Source: Marsupella aquatica
Lineage: Eukaryota; Plantae; Marchantiophyta
Length of the DNA stretch: 64,000 nt
Reading direction: 5' to 3'
Assembly (NCBI GenBank): GCA_973895155.1
Contig: OZ316891.1
Coordinates: 16,705,651 to 16,769,650, forward strand
Part shown: positions 10,882-22,077 of the stretch, one piece after another
Position numbering within the stretch: the first letter of the stretch is position 1
Layout: each line of letters opens with the position of its first letter
Program-made: the position numbers and the translations under genes
The notes under the pieces: model-generated
Told to the model about the DNA's origin: nothing
Databases searched by the model: none
The model's input: the letters and a program-made list of their open reading frames with translations, nothing else

Positions 10882-13800
10882 ATGTCTCGGTCCATCGTTC
10901 TATCCCGATTCGGGACTAGGGATATTGTGACCATCCCCGTCCCTGTGGAAGACACGTACAAGCAGGTCCGGGAGAGATACCTTTGCGGTAGATTTGATTT
11001 GAAGATGAATGATATTGAGGCCATTCTTCGAGAGCTTGAAACCAGTGATGACATCAAAGATGCAGCAACATTCAATGTGGATGATGCTGAATGGTTTTGG
11101 CATCTATACGCGGGGATTTCGTACTCACTTCGAGTAAGACACCATGAAGGACCGTCCAGTGTCCCCCAAGATCCATTTGATGTTGTTGAGATTTCTTCTA
11201 GTGAAGATGGGGATCACACTCCAAGTCCTACGTTGAAAATGAAAGTCCTGCAATGTGCTGTCGTTAAAGGTGAGACTCCAGGAAGCTCCAACCAGTTGGA
11301 GGTCGTGTATCGGTGCAGTGCAATGGATACGTTACTCAAATCCACTGGTCATAGCGAGTTATCGAGGTTCATATCAGCGGGTGATTTCAGACATGAGCAA
11401 GTCTCCTGTCTGCCAACTAAGTATAATAGGAACGTCGTGTTTGAATTGCCACCAATTGACAAGATGCTCTCTAAAGGCTCTAGGCTTAGGGACATGGACC
11501 GTGCCAAAGATTGCTACATTTGGACACGCATATTTCCAACTACGGCGAACGTCCAGCCAAAAAACTTTTGGCAATTTGGTAAGGTTACCTGTACGGGATT
11601 CATTGAATGTCGAAACAAGTCCTGCGAGTACTTCCAAAGGAAGAAGAAGGCAAATGCTAAGGCATGGCAAGGTACTCCAAAGCTTAGTGGTCAGTATGTT
11701 GTCGGATCTTTTATCAAAGAGGGCGGTGTTGTGTGTCATTATTGTGATCAGATTCCTTTTTGTGTCAAGTATTGCCTTGCCCATTTGTTCTATATGTACC
11801 CGCAAGTATTACTTGATGCGGAAACATGTAGTCATATGTCCCGCCTGGCGATTCATATAGGTGAGCATAACCATCCAGGTAGAAAAACCTTATGTAGGAG
11901 TGCGGAGAAGATGGTTGAGGATTTAATTAAAAAAATCATGAAGCCAATCCTCTGGCAAAACCAGTTGGGATCTTGAATTCTGCTACAGGGTCCATAGTGA
12001 AAGCTCTCTGCGAACATGTTGACGACATAGTCGATATCGAAGAAACTGAAATATGGAAGTCTTTGATGGTACTTTCCACTCCCCAAAAGTTTGCATCTCT
12101 TTGTCGGAGCGTTAGGATAGACCAAAAGGGTCGGGGTGAACTTGATTTTCTCTCGCAAATGCAAAAGAAGATTAACCTGTTGTTTCTCCAGAGGTATTTT
12201 CTCCCGGGTCAGGGAATTCAAGAGGACAGGCCTCACATCTTTAAATTGACCACAAAGGATCACGGTTCCGGTGTGGATCTTTTGAGACAGATGCAACCTG
12301 GTGGAAGACTCGAAGGAGCCTGGGTCAGTTTTGATGTGATGCAGCGTATCACAACCGATTGGTTTACTTTTAGCGCGCATGTCTACGACCATAACTTCCG
12401 TGCACTTTGTACAATTTTCACATGCGAGTTGAAAGGTGAAGACACTTAGTCTTTCGAAAAGGCTTGGAGAGTTATGATTGAGGTTTGCAAGGAGAATGGA
12501 TTACATGAGGTTGTCATCCAAGGGTTTATGGCGGACAATGCACAAGCTGGATGGAATGTTGTGCGGAATGTTTTTTTCGGTGGACACCCAGACCTGGAGA
12601 GGGAGCGCTCTGATGCATTTCACTTTTATCAATCTTTCCATCGGCATTCCAAGGAAGGAGTACTCGAAGAATGTCAATCGGAACATCGAAGACCTTGGGA
12701 GAAACTAAGAAACGCTCCAACGTTTGTGGTAGCCTATCGCGTGTCCCGAGAGATTGTGGTTTGGTGGCAATCAGGAAATTGTGTCCCTGGAAAGCTCATG
12801 ATGCTACAAAGCTGGATATCCTGGTGGGTTGTTCGATGGCGCCAATGGGGAAATTTTATTCGAGTGGTATGACATCCATCTCCTCTCTTGTCTTTCATTT
12901 CCATCAACTTTATTAGCGCCAGGCGCTCGTATGATTTGCTCGTATTTGAGTCCAACATGTCCATAAAGTTCCAGAATCATACTTGCAATTGTATTTCACG
13001 TATGTTATAAATACTTGTCGGTGTCAGCGCCAGGCGCTGGTAATACAATGCTAGTACTGATTATTGCATTTGGACTATGGCAGAGCAAAAGCGCAGAAGA
13101 AGGTGCCTTGATTCCGAACTGTACAGGGTCAGAATCAAGGCATGCGTCTATGAAAGCTTGGGCTACAAAGAAAAAAGTTGGACTTTTTTAAGCATGCAAA
13201 GTGGACCAAAACCGAGCCCTATCTCAAGTTGCGGGATACAGTGCATATCAAAAAGGGTTGAACAGAGGAAAGGGACCGACTATATGGGAATTGGCGTTCC
13301 GTTCCGCCGATCAAGCAGGTTCGCCGAGGTTATTTGAAGATGTGACCAACATGCTTCTTTCAAACGCGACGGACTTCGATTTGGAAAGAAGTACTCCCCT
13401 TAACAGAGATATCGTGACCAAGTCAATGAAGAGAAAGGGACATGCAACTGGGACTGCCTCTCCACAAGACTCCCACCGGTGACACCGTTCTCATAACCAC
13501 ACCAAATACTCGTGGTTTGAAAAGGAAAAACCTAAACAGAACTGACTTTGCCTCCATTCCCTCAAATTCTAATGATCCTGTGACAAGAGTGGTGAATCTC
13601 TCTGGTATGGACACACCAGATGGTGATACTGATTCACTGGACAATACCCCTCAAACAACCCGTACAACAAGATCCACAAAACCTCCGCTCAGTGCACTAG
13701 CCTCACTTCAGAATCCACTTCCACGGACGATTGTGCTAGAAAAGGATGTCCCTCTGGGGCAGTGGCAGTTGCGACGGACGTCCAAGTATGGAGCAGGTCC

Positions 13801-14614
13801 CTAGTGTAATGGGACACTCAATGGGAGTTCTGATCGCGATGAGTGTCGAAATCGTATCAAGAAGGTTGGCTCCCATTCGTCTGACGGTGTTGTTGGAATT
13901 GTCGTGAAGGGCCATCGTCTCTTCAGGGGCGAACCGATCTCCGGAATGATTTGGTTCTGCCCAAACCAAACCTGTTATAAGGGTTGTCCGCGTCGTGGTG
14001 TTCATCAGCTTCCTCCTCTTCCTAAAATTTTGCCTGTTCTGAATGGTACGAGCCTATCTCCTTCTGAAATCACGTTCCTCGAAGAGCAAGGACTTGTCTT
14101 AGCCCAAACAACAGGATTGAGTCGATCTGCGCCATCTTCGTTTGACCTCAGGATAAATGTGAACGTGTTCCCAGAAATGATAAGGTTTTTGGAGCCAAAT
14201 GTCCGGCTGGGTAGTCGGAATGAGAGGAACTCAAGACCTCGGTCTAATCTCATTGTGGGTCACACTAAGCGAATGGAGTCTGCACGACAAGAAGAGATGA
14301 GTTTGGATGGGGAATGGAATGTTTGGACTAGAAATGCTTTTGGAAAACAATTTCAAATTCGAACCCATGAGAACTTTCGATCACCAAACACGTACTTCGT
14401 GCAAATCTGTATCTTCCCTGCTTGCTCATGTGAGGACTTCTTCCTACGACATTCGCGTGGCAAGTCGTACATGCCTTGTAAACATCTATACTGGGTGTAC
14501 ATAAATGTTTTCAAACTTGAGGTTGAGGAGTCGACTCTTTGTAGCCAACCAATTTTGACTGTGGGCGAAGTCAGGCTTGTCTTGGAGAGGCAGAACTTGA
14601 ATGGCTTACAATAG
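10882..14614 (+). pseudogene. MULE-like DDE transposase with N-terminal GCM/WRKY-like zinc-binding domain and C-terminal SWIM finger; frameshift and stops
   Basis: CTGFIECRNKSC...CHYC...C...IHIGEHNHP; VSFDVMQR; FMADNAQAGWNVVRNVF; DAFHFYQS; intron ~12868-13083; PNCTGSESRHASM...GKGP; SWIM CSCEDF...PCKH. Frameshift in the A-run near 11930 and TAG at 12447. Confidence 0.8.
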
Positions 14615-15542
14615 GGGTCGAAACTTCCGTATAGGTCGTTCAATATAACGGATAGTCACTATTTTGTCTTTACCCAATGGATATGTTACTTGTTTTATTC
14701 AAAGATTTTTGGTTAGCGTCGGGCGCTGCTTCCAAAAATCTTATTTTTCTTGCTTTTTTATGTATGCGTGTAGTGTAAGCATTACAACATGTTTTATTGA
14801 AAATGTGTAAGTTGATATCATTCTGTTTTTATCTTTCAAGCCGCATTTATTCAATTATTCTGAAATAAATCGTTAGGTGGTGTTTTGTCATTTGTTTGTC
14901 ACGGTACTCGGTCCATTTAAGTGAACTCATTTTGATTGAGTTCATTTGGACACTACTCTTCACTTGTTTTGTGGTGGGTCCCACCCTAAGGTTCACTTTT
15001 TAGCTTGGACGAATAGTGATATTTGAATGAATGTTTCATTGAGTATAGTCCCCATACCATGTTATTTATATACCCTAAATAATTATTTGTTTTAAACCTA
15101 ATTCACTAAAGAAAAATTATGTGATTAGCGTAGTTTTTCATTCGGACCAAAGGGCTATGGTTGATGCAAAATTGGGAACAGGGAATCGCTTACTGGTAAC
15201 AGTTAAATTTGACTGTTAACAGCAAAAAAATTCCTGGTAACAGGTTTTCTGTTTTCTGTTTTCTATCATGGCTATCATACCCTAGGATGACGTATTAACT
15301 CTATGTTGACCAAAACTACGTTCCCTAAACATATACGTTGTTCAAGAAGACATTTAAAAAATGTACGTCATCTGCAAAGACGTAAAATTCAAGTGGGAGT
15401 CGTTTAGGGTGTTTACATCGTGTTGTAAGACGTACATATCATGAGGGCAATGTTAACGGACACAAAACGCCGTAAGGTACGACAAAAAATAGTAAGATGG
15501 GAGGTTGTGTATGTGGACATGTGACAGAGAGGATGTCATTAC

Positions 15543-16345
15543 CTTCTCAGCAATCTTGTCTCCAATGGTATCAGGACGATACCGTGGAAGGCCACATCGC
15601 TCAATCAGGCAATGGGTGTGGTCCAAGTATGTCCCTCTATACAAGATGCACCCAGCAGGGCACATATGTATAGTCTCTAAAGCCAATCCGATAGAAGATA
15701 ACAACTTCTTAGCCTCTCTCACACAACCTGGAAGGTTGTTAGGTTGGGGCAAGATTTTGTTGTGGAACAACGCAAAGAGTGCATCTGTATGGACATCTGA
15801 TCCATTGAAAACCCCCTGTAAATTTAACATCAAGAGTGTGGCTCCCAACCTGCATTTGCATTGAAAACCACAAAGAAACCACCTTTTTAATTAGTTCCAG
15901 GCATGCCATTGAGTATGGTCCAATTGGGAACTTACGGGTTTATGCACACCCTTAAGCAACATTACAATAGAAAAACTATAATGGAATGATTGGATTGTAC
16001 CGTGAGGTCGGGGAACCCTGGAATAGCGGAGTCCTGGATTTTGTTTCCAGTTGGTCCCAATCATCTTCGTCTAGTTCCATGATAGGAGGGCCATCCTCAG
16101 GTACATGAGGTCCAAAGTGGATGTGCACAAGGTGCGCAAAAGCATCCTCTACATCTTCATCAAAATTGCCATCATGTGCATCATGGTACTCATCCACATC
16201 CTTGTCCACATCCTCGTCCTCATGCACATGATCACTCTCAACATCTTTGTCGTCAGAAAAAGATAATGTGGCTCGCATGTGGAATGCACGGGCTAACTCC
16301 GTCATCATCGATGGATGAGGTGTAGGTGTTATATTTGGACCATCC
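15543..16345 (-). pseudogene. CACTA transposase upstream exons
   Basis: ILPQPNNLPGCVREAKKLLSSIGLALETIHMCPAGCILY...CGLPRY...IAEK joins in frame to VLRYFP at 3757. The acidic exon 16000-16345 ends SRTPLFQGSPTSR. Confidence 0.85.
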
Positions 16346-16488
16346 TATGCAAGTAATCAATATTAGATAACGTAATCTCCAAATTAGACAATGTGTTCCC
16401 AATACTGCATGGGGTAATGAAGGTCAAAGAATGCAATATAAGTCTCACTCCGTGTAATGAATAAGTGATCAATGAACATATACAATCT

Positions 16489-17972
16489 TCAATGCCAATC
16501 ATAGTCTACAAAAATCTCATCCCCAGCTCGAATGGTGTGGGTGGATGTGTCACGATGTAGTGACTGCATCCCACGGGCAAACGAGGGTGACTCTGGTCAT
16601 GGTACTCGTGCCACTCAGCATTGGGGCGAAACCCCAAACGCCGACACCCCACTGTGCTATTGATATAACCCGCCAAGTTTCCAGTACGAGGTGGGTAACC
16701 ATCCATCTAAGTATACCTAGGGTCCAACTTTAGTGACATGCCATACCGACCAAAGGTTGGGCATTGGCAAGACAAGATACGCCATCTTTGTCGCGAATAC
16801 TTGGCCCATAAAATGCAATCAACTCAGGTAGGTCCTCAGGTGCACAACCTTCCGGCACCACAATATCCACAAGTGCAAATAATCCAAGACCTACGTCTGG
16901 TCCCAATGTAGATGGGAGGAGGACCCATGGCCTATCCCAAACTACAATAGGCTCCCGAACAAGCAGGACCATAGGGAGGCCAAACTGGGTTGGGAATGAG
17001 TCCTTTATGATGTCCAAGGCTCTCCCTCTTAACTCTCTTGGTGCTCGGGAAAAAGAGGCATCAAGAAAAGGACAGTGTGGCGGCACCATCCTAGGGGTAC
17101 GAGACGTAATGGACCAAGGTCTAGTGGTGACCTCTACTCCCCTCTCAATAGGGTGATTGCGTATGACCCTCCTCCTATCAAAAACATGGTCTATTGCCCT
17201 AAAAGTGGCATGGAGTGCTAATGGGGGAACTAGTGCTGTGAGCGCGTGACGTGCAACCTGTCTCATGTGGTCCAAGGGCGGAGAGACAACACACAAAATC
17301 TGTTTCACATGCGAACAGGAGAACTTCAGAAATCAGGGAAGAAACCTTTCCAACTAAACACTCAAGAAACACAAGAAACCCAAACATGTCTGCAATAAAA
17401 ATAAGGACTTAATGAATTGAATAGTGTCAATAAAGGTTTATAAATTACCTGATGTGTCGGGGTACGTAACGGCCGTGGAGGCCTAAATGGCTAAGGACAG
17501 TGGTCCTCTTGTGGGAGACGACGCCCTTGCATCTACTACATGGGCAGGGCATCTTTTGGACTGGGCCAATCCCTTGAAGGGCAGCCATGGCCTCTCCAAA
17601 CCTGTCCTCATCCTCCGGCATGGGTGATCGGTGTTGTAATGTCTGGTCATCAGAGGGAGACCTGGACCGGCGGTGGCGGTGGGAGTGTCGATGGGAGCTC
17701 CTATGTCTTTGTCGCTCCCGATGGTGTCAATGTCAATGATCCCTAGATCGGTACTCCCTATCTGGCGACTGATCCCAACTCCTCTCAGACGAATGGTGCC
17801 TGCTCCTATCAGATGATAAGTCCCTCCTCTCGCGTGAGTGGTATCTCGACCTCACAGGTGAGTGCTCCCTCCTCCTCTCCCTCCCCCTATCATGAGAACG
17901 GTACTTGACTTGGTGCTGTGTACCTCCATCATAGCGGTCATCAGATGACCACTCCGATGAATACGAGGCCAT
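16489..17972 (-). pseudogene. SET-domain protein gene inside the CACTA element, with an RS/RE-rich first exon; frameshifted
   Basis: PSTLGPDVGLGLFALVDI...FYG; YLDGYPPRTGNLAGYINS...PNAEW; after a frameshift, THTIRAGDEIFVDYDW (~16490-16540). Probable intron ~17390-17448. Confidence 0.75.
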
Positions 17973-19393
17973 GGTCTGCAATAGTACACAGTCACACATA
18001 TACACACAAACTTGCAAACTCAGCCTTGGAAATGGAACATCGGGACCACTACAGTACTAAATAATTTACATCAAGCAATACAATGTACTTTTACTTTACA
18101 TTGCCCAAAACACAGAAGACGACGTAACTCTTAAACCCTACGTCATATACCCTACCCCAAACGACGTAAACCCTAAACCCTATATTTTAACGATGTACAT
18201 CACATTGTTAAAACTCAAACGTCGTCTCTTACAACGTTACACTAAGAGATCAATTAGGGTAACATAGCCTTGAACGACGTTAGATTACAGAGAACGGCGG
18301 AAACACATGGTTGCAAACTCTGTCGCATTCTATTTGGAAAATATCGGGGCATAGTGTCGAATGTGAGTCATTCGACCATTCCGCACACACCTCACCCCAT
18401 ATCTAGTTGTAGCAAGGTGATAAAGAAATAAATGACTATTTACTCCTTAACAACTCGATTTCGTTCCCGTTAGGAGTGGATAAGATCAAAAAGACTGAAT
18501 TAACACAATTTGAGAAGTTTACACCAACATTCTTAGGTTGGAGAGATTTCTAATGATCTCCTTAATATAAGTGTTTAACCACAAACTCAAGTGGGTAATC
18601 TTTAGGATTCACAGTGCAATAATAAAGACTAGAATTAACAAAGATTGAAACTAGAGAGAGAGTAGATAGAAAGTTTCAATATGCAAAGGAATTGAATTTC
18701 CGACCATCACCACTCCTTCAATAAGGATTATGGCCTAATTTAAGATTCGGAAATCAACATTTTCTATGCTTTTTGATTTCTCGTAGCAACTCTCATCCAT
18801 CTATTGAATTTAGAAGACATGAACGTAAATCAACCCGAGACACTTTTCTGGTCCTGTTGAGGACGGTACTAGGATACTCGAATTGGCTTACTTCTCCTAC
18901 AATCCTTAAGATTGCTTGTTTGAGTTTTGAGCAAATGCCAATTTCCTCTTTGGTGAATCTTCCATATGTATTGGTCACAAATCTCATTGATCTTCCAATA
19001 TCATTATAGGCACACTCTAGTATTCATTGAACATTTCACAACAACTCAAGGGTTGCTAAACTTCTTCCTTTTACTTAACCATGGTAAAAAGAAGGGGAGA
19101 AAAGGCATAGATTTCTCCAAAATAAAAATGGGGAAATCAAATGTATCTCTCTCCTTTGTTGACTTTGGGTTCTCCTCCGTTTGTACTAAAAGTGGAGATT
19201 ATGAAAAGACATGCCTCTTCAAAACCCAAGTCTAAAGAAATATGTAAATAAAAGTGAACTATCCTAGTCAAAAATGGAGTAGAGTCCCCAATGGATACAT
19301 CAACAAAATACTGGAGTCTACTTACTCATATAGTAATCTATATAGCTATTTCTAAGTCTAAACTAATGTGACTCTAACTCTCTAAATATAACT

Positions 19394-20131
19394 CTATTCT
19401 GGTCCTAGCTTTTGGGAAGGAACCTCTTCAGGGTTAGCCATGGCAAGGGGTTCTGGTCGAAGGAAAACTCCCTGCTGACCAGTGGTAAAAGGGATGGACG
19501 GGTCAATATCCATGTTCTCCTGATGGGCACTTGGGTCATGAGAATAAGTGTAAGAATGGGAGTGGAAGTGTGTACTGGGAGTGGGGAAACCAGGAGGGTT
19601 GAGGGGTGATGAGGGGCCAGTGGAATAGACTCCTTCATGAGGACTAGGAGAGAAAGATCTGGTAGTAAAGGGAGGAATCTCAGTATCAGCTAATAGCTCC
19701 TCAGTAGTCAAGTCACTCATCTCCCTTAAGGCTTCACAGGTCTTTGAGAGGCCTGTAAGTGCATCATCCACCTTGGTACTCACATCTACCACTAAATGGT
19801 TAATCTTGGAGAAAAGGATGGGTGTGGTGTTCTTAGCCAAATACTCATCATAAATTTGGGCCTTAAGAAGATCCAGAGAAGCTATCTTGGTCAAAGGCTC
19901 AATCAGATCCAAAGATTGAGTGATACTGAGTTGGAGAGTATGCTCAAGCTCATTCTTCTTCTTACTCCTTTCCAATTGCTGTTTGAGTTCAGATACCTTC
20001 TTCTTGAGAAACTCATTCTCCTTCTCTAACTTCCTCTTTTCTGTGGTATCACTCATGGTGGAGATTTTCTCAAGAATCTGCCCTGGTTTCACTCCTAACT
20101 TTTGAGAAATGTCAGTGATGGCCTTCTCCAT
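19394..20131 (-). CDS. TE-associated coiled-coil protein
   Basis: ~245-aa open frame with heptad-like KRKLEKENEFLKKKVSELKQQLE. Its ATG overlaps the upstream stop (TGATG). Confidence 0.55.
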   Translation of the reverse strand: MEKAITDISQKLGVKPGQILEKISTMSDTTEKRKLEKENEFLKKKVSELKQQLERSKKKNELEHTLQLSITQSLDLIEPLTKIASLDLLKAQIYDEYLAKNTTPILFSKINHLVVDVSTKVDDALTGLSKTCEALREMSDLTTEELLADTEIPPFTTRSFSPSPHEGVYSTGPSSPLNPPGFPTPSTHFHSHSYTYSHDPSAHQENMDIDPSIPFTTGQQGVFLRPEPLAMANPEEVPSQKLGPE

Positions 20132-21135
20132 CACAGTGGTCTCCTCTTCACCTTCTGGAATGTGTCTGAGATGATCCGGAAATCAGCTAGGGTGTCTAGG
20201 GAGGCATGGCCGGGTGCATCCGGAAATTCATCCGGGTCGACGAAGGCCGGGTCGGAAAAGTCCGGGTCGAGATTCCGGGCAGCAGACCGGGTCTTTCGAG
20301 GATTTGTCTCTACTGGCTCCTCATCCTCACTGTCATCAGAGGTGGCCTGGGTGATATCTGGATCTGTCTCTCCATACTTTATGAAGTTGAACTTGGCCAA
20401 TAGTAATTTCTTCTCCTCTCTGAACAAAACTCCTTCAAAGCTATATAGATGTACCAGGTAGCAGGAGAGGGGAGTAGGACTCTTGTTGGATAGGTTCTGT
20501 ACCAACTTCCTTATCAAATCAAAGATAAGCTTAGCCCAGTTGACTTTTCTTTCTCCCTTGTAAGCAGCAACAATGGTAGAGTCAACTCCAACAGTAACTC
20601 TTCTTGGCTTCTCAGGGTACAGCAGGGGTAGCAGAAAGCTGAAGACTCGTCTCAGATCAGGATCCAAACACTTAGAAACATTGAACCCGTCCTTACTGTT
20701 GATGGCTCCTTTGAAGTAAGGGAGGATTAGATTGACAGCTCTCCCCACTGGACCTTCTCCTTCATCTTTCAATACAAAAGCTCCTGCAATCATCATCTGA
20801 GTCCATCGCTCAGGTCGGCCTCTAGAGGTATCCTTAAACTCAGCCGAATACTCCTTGGATTGGATCTCTCTAATCATATCTTCGCTCTGATAACTCCAGG
20901 GTAGCTCCATCAGAGACTCACAGCCCATCCTGAGCAAAGACTCCCTCAGTTCGACCTTCTCAGCTTCACTGTCCGGAATAGCTGGCCTCAGAATTTTCAT
21001 GGCAATAGGGACCTCCTTTCTCTTCGATCGTCTCACAGGGGCTTTAACCGGAGTAGGTGCAGGTGATGTTGAGGTTGAATGCCCCTTAGAGACGCGAGAA
21101 GTGGACATTCCGGCTGGATCCGCCCCTTGCTCCAT
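20131..21135 (-). CDS. TE-associated protein of unknown function (possibly plant-mobile-domain-like)
   Basis: Open frame 20131-21225 with likely start MEQGAD. Motifs GCESLMELPWS, FKGAINSKDGFNVSKC, LLYPEKPRRVT, VNWAKLI, PTPLSCYLVHLY. Confidence 0.6.
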   Translation of the reverse strand: MEQGADPAGMSTSRVSKGHSTSTSPAPTPVKAPVRRSKRKEVPIAMKILRPAIPDSEAEKVELRESLLRMGCESLMELPWSYQSEDMIREIQSKEYSAEFKDTSRGRPERWTQMMIAGAFVLKDEGEGPVGRAVNLILPYFKGAINSKDGFNVSKCLDPDLRRVFSFLLPLLYPEKPRRVTVGVDSTIVAAYKGERKVNWAKLIFDLIRKLVQNLSNKSPTPLSCYLVHLYSFEGVLFREEKKLLLAKFNFIKYGETDPDITQATSDDSEDEEPVETNPRKTRSAARNLDPDFSDPAFVDPDEFPDAPGHASLDTLADFRIISDTFQKVKRRPL

Positions 21136-22077
21136 AGGATTTCTGGAAGCAGAAAATTGATTTCTGGTAAATATTCTGCCTCCTCTACGACAAGCTCTAC
21201 AATGATGCGACTTTAGAATGTTCAATCTCTTCGATGTCGACCACTGGTAAAAATGTCCGGGTCGACCTGGCCGCAGCGTTTCTGATCAACTGAAAATCGT
21301 TTTGGAAGAATTGCATCAAGATTTCGTCAACCACAATGCAGGGTCATCTAACGTGGGGAAAATCTAGACTCAATCTGGCCTGAAATGGTGATGTCCGGGT
21401 CAACCTGGCCTCCATTCTCACAAACGATGTATCCACTATCAGGATCTCAAACTTCCTGCCTTCACTTCCAGCGGTGGAGTAGGCATTCCCCTCACAACGA
21501 ATCAGTCAGTACCCTCATATCCAGGCTCTCATCATGCAATGCAAGATTGGTCCTATAATCCGGACCCAAGATCCTCTACCACAAGGGTAGAGCCTCCTCA
21601 CTCTACTGCTTAAATAGCCTAATGCGCTCGGGAGCTCAAAACCTACTAAGTTCGGCTTTGAGAGGTGTGAGAGGCCGAATTGACTCTCCTTCCTTATATC
21701 TGAATTCTGTTGTGGTCGTGCCTGTGTTTGACTTATGGTTCTAAAAACTTTGGCAATGAACAGTTGTTGTGAGTAGAGTCTCGGTATAAGCTCTATATCT
21801 CATTCCAGGCTTATAGTAAAAAGTTCTGGATCGATCCTCCTTTTCTAATATCAATCTGGTTGACCTCAGATCAGCTTGAAAGTCTCATAACACTTCAAAG
21901 TAGTCTTCAAGTCCCTCTTCAGCCTCATTTGAGATCTTAAACGTAAAAATTCTAAAATTTATGGTTAGTTAACCCTTCTTTTATAAACATCCTTATCTCA
22001 CACTAGTGTTTAGTTGTGCTCTACTGTAGCTCTACTCTTTCTCAAGGTCATCTACATTCGCTCCAAGTCTAGCCTCA

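Larger units (their letters stand above)
3929..15282. mobile_element. Mutator-like (MULE) DNA transposon, 11.35 kb, carrying a ParB-like/DNA-methyltransferase-like gene
   Basis: Flanked by caggacga (3921-3928) and taggatga (15283-15290), an 8-bp TSD with two C/T differences. GGG...CCC termini with AACAG-rich, imperfectly inverted subterminal repeats. Splits a 60-bp repeat array and encodes a DDE+SWIM transposase. Confidence 0.8.
18408..22002. mobile_element. 3.6-kb solo-LTR-like unit (TG...CA, 5-bp TSD CTAGT) containing two ORFs
   Basis: ctagt|TGTAGCAAGG ... CCTTATCTCACA|ctagt. No internal direct repeats or gag/pol motifs seen. Confidence 0.8.

Noticed and set aside
10882-14614. KDZ/Zisupton assignment because of SWIM and an 8-bp TSD
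   Set aside because: No CxC/KDZ motifs recognised. The D...D...FH pattern is MULE-like, though this is not formally excluded without a search.
15275-15290. Helitron 3' end (CTAG) for the 11-kb insertion
   Set aside because: No A|T target, no terminal hairpin and no Rep/helicase. An 8-bp TSD and DDE transposase fit better.
18133-18181. Telomere-like aaaccct motifs
   Set aside because: Only about three scattered units. Such telo-box-like motifs are common in plant promoters and TEs.
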